Assembly: GCA_951406725.2 (NCBI GenBank) | Contig: OX597838.1 | Location: 27,776,001-27,840,000 of the forward strand | Reading direction: 5' to 3' | Source of the DNA: Octopus vulgaris | Taxonomy: Eukaryota | DNA length: 64,000 nt | Shown here: positions 61,434 to 64,000 of the stretch, in pieces | Position numbering within the stretch: position 1 is the stretch's first letter | Layout of the letters: each line of letters begins with the position of its first letter | Position numbers and translations under genes: made by a program | Notes under the pieces: model-generated | What the model saw: only the letters and a program-made list of their open reading frames with translations | Told to the model about the DNA's origin: nothing | The model's database searches: none

Positions 61434-61660
61434 TATATATATTTATTTATAAGCGAACTATCCGATTGTGGTCGTTGCCAGCGTCGCCCCGATGGGCCTC
61501 CGTGCCGGTGGCACGTAAAAAGCACCATCTGACCGTGGCCGTTTGCGAGCCCCGTCTGGCACCTGTGCCAGTGACACGTAAAAAGCACCCACTACACTCA
61601 CGGAGTAGTTAGTGTTAGGAAGGGCATCCAGCCGTAGAAGCTTTGCCAGATCAGACTGGG

Positions 61661-61730
61661 CCTGGTGCAGCCTCCTGGTGCAGCCTCCTGGTGCAGCCTC
61701 CTGGTGCAGCCTCCTGGTGCAGCCTCCTGG
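61661..61730. repeat. 13-bp tandem repeat (cctggtgcagcct)x5 inside a SINE
   Basis: Directly visible; other copies of this SINE have a single unit. Confidence 0.9.
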
Positions 61731-61899
61731 CTTCCCAGACCCCAGTTGAACCGTCCAACCCATGCTAGCATGGAAAGCAGACGCTAAATGATGATAATGA
61801 TGATATATATATATATATATATATATTATCGTCACCCATCATTTTAAATCCGGATTTTGTCCCTGTTAATGGGGGTGATCAGATCTACCTCAATGCCAT

Positions 61900-62290
61900 A
61901 GCAACCACCCTCACATCATCTCGCCTGGTTTTGAGCATCCTCCCTTTTCACCCCCACCCACCCCCAATCTCTTCCTCCTCCACCTTTCCTCGGTCTACCT
62001 CACTTTCGTGCCCCATTTACCTCAAACACAATCACCCTCCTCAGAACATGCTCTTCGTCCTTCCTCAACACATGCCCATACCACCTCACTCCATTCGCCC
62101 TTGCCAACCACTCCTCTGATTCCTCCAACCCCAGCATTCCCATAAAATCTTCACTCCTCCTCTTATCAAACAGCTTCACCCCACACATTCCTCTCACCAA
62201 TGCTCTCTCATTCCTTCTCAAACTTACCCTCTCTCTCTCCACCTCAGACTCCATGCCTCACTCCCATTACAGTATTGCAGCTCTCACGCA
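61900..62290 (-). mobile_element. RTE-like LINE 3' fragment
   Basis: LRRNERALVRGMCGVKL.D...VRWYGHVLRKD..HVLRR...GRPRK.W. Confidence 0.8.
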
Positions 62291-62720
62291 ACTATTATAG
62301 ACCCTTGTTTACATCATTAATGAGAACCTTTTCCCATATAACAATGCTAGGTAGGGGGGTCTCTGAAAGGGGTTGCAGGGAGTAGCATCCCTGCATTCCT
62401 GAGATGGTTTTCCACCACATTACTTAAAAATCGTGGTAGAGGCACTGATCTCAGGACCAATCACGTCTAGAATCTGAGGTTGGTGGTAAGCAAGGGCATG
62501 CTCCCCATAGAAAATCCAGCTCCAAGAAAGCCTCATAAATATATATATACACATATATATATATATATGTATATATATGCAGCACGAAGCTTTGTCAGTG
62601 AACAGTTCGCGGTCTCAAAGCGATGAAAATATTTTAACAAATTAAATTTAAGTGTTGAAGTGAATCTAACGATTTTGTGTGTTTCTTAAATGGCTTATAA
62701 ACACCTTCCACGCTGCAACT

Positions 62721-62801
<81 letters not shown>

Positions 62802-64000
62802 AATATAAATATATATATGTTTATATATATATATGTATGTATGTATGTATATATATAAATTTCTAAGTCTCTCAACATGTGGGGGTAATATAGAATTAAG
62901 CATCTAGTTGGGTTAACTGGGATAACGTTGACTAAAGTATTTAGTAGGGTAAACTGGGGTAATGTAGAATTAAGTTTTTTTTTAAAAAGGTGAAAGGGTG
63001 AACTGGGGTAAGGTGAAATAAAGCATTTAGAAGGTGATCTGGGGTCAAGTTGTCTAAAGTGTTCAATTCGCTGAACTTGGGTAAAGTGGAATTAATGGGC
63101 TCCAGGAGCAGAAATGATAACAAATACACCAAACTGGAATTTGAATTCTTGATCTTTGTCCCCCGCTCCTCATGCAATAAGTTTAATATCTTAACCCACT
63201 CAGCTATCTGGTCTCCACTAAACTCCCCTCTAGAAAACCCTTTCCACTACTAAAAATATAAAGATAAAAAAATTTTCAAAAAGAAAAAAAAAGCATCAAT
63301 GAAGGCGATGATCGAAGGACTCCTTTGATGATAACATCCTTTGCTGTAAGCACACAGATTTGTTTTGTTTTATATCATCATCATCATCATCATCATTTAG
63401 CATCCGTTTTCCATGCTAGCATGGGTTGGACGGTTTAACTGGGGTCTGTGAAGCCAGAAGGCTTCATCAGGCCCAGTCAGATTTGGCAGTGTTTCTACGG
63501 CTGGATGCCCTTCCTAACGCCAACCACTCCGCGAGTATAGTGGGTGTTTTTTACGTGCCACCTGCACAGGTGCCAGACAGAGCTGGCACAACGGCCACGA
63601 ACGGATGGTGCTTTTACGTGTCACCGGCACGGGACCAGGCGATGCTGGCAACGGAGACAAACGGATGGTGCTTTTACGTGCCAGACAGAGCTGGCAAACG
63701 GCCATGAACGGACGGTGCTTTTACGTGTCACCGGCACGGGGGCCAGCCGAGGCTGGTAACGAACATGAACGGATGGTGCTTTTACGTCTTTTTACTTGTT
63801 TCAGTCATTTGACTGTGGCCATGCTGGAGCACCGCCTTTAGTCGAGCAAATCGACCCCAGGACTTATTATTTGTAAGCCTTGTACTTATACTATTGGTCC
63901 GTTCTGCCGAAATTCTAAGTTACAGGGGCATAAACACACCCGCATCAGTTATCATGCGATGTTGGGGGTACAAACACAGACACACAAACATATACACAGA

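Overview
This is repeat-rich eukaryotic DNA. The SINE, LINE and microsatellite landscape looks like an octopus genome (inference from recognisable repeat families). One protein-coding gene spans most of the window on the minus strand: a nose-resistant-to-fluoxetine-6 (NRF-6/OACYL)-family membrane acyltransferase. I assembled 15 GT-AG exons by hand from 54744 down to 4739. All splice phases match, giving 2520 nt or 840 aa: signal peptide, NRF domain, a TM helix, an unusual ~200-aa Pro/Tyr-motif loop, then the Acyl_transf_3 domain. I did not find the last coding exon; it probably lies beyond position 1. Introns and the upstream region hold tRNA-derived SINEs, RTE, CR1 and R4/Dong-type LINE fragments, Tc1/mariner and pogo elements, non-autonomous Helitrons, satellites and a truncated Penelope-like element. 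The most notable signal is a set of type-I hammerhead-ribozyme folds in fold-back elements sitting in (TA)n tracts. Their catalytic cores show three versions of the tertiary 3-8 base pair (C3-G8, U3-A8, G3-C8). Two 5' splice sites of the gene have also been duplicated next to SINEs. Repeat boundaries are approximate, all calls were made by eye, and none of the ribozyme activity is tested.
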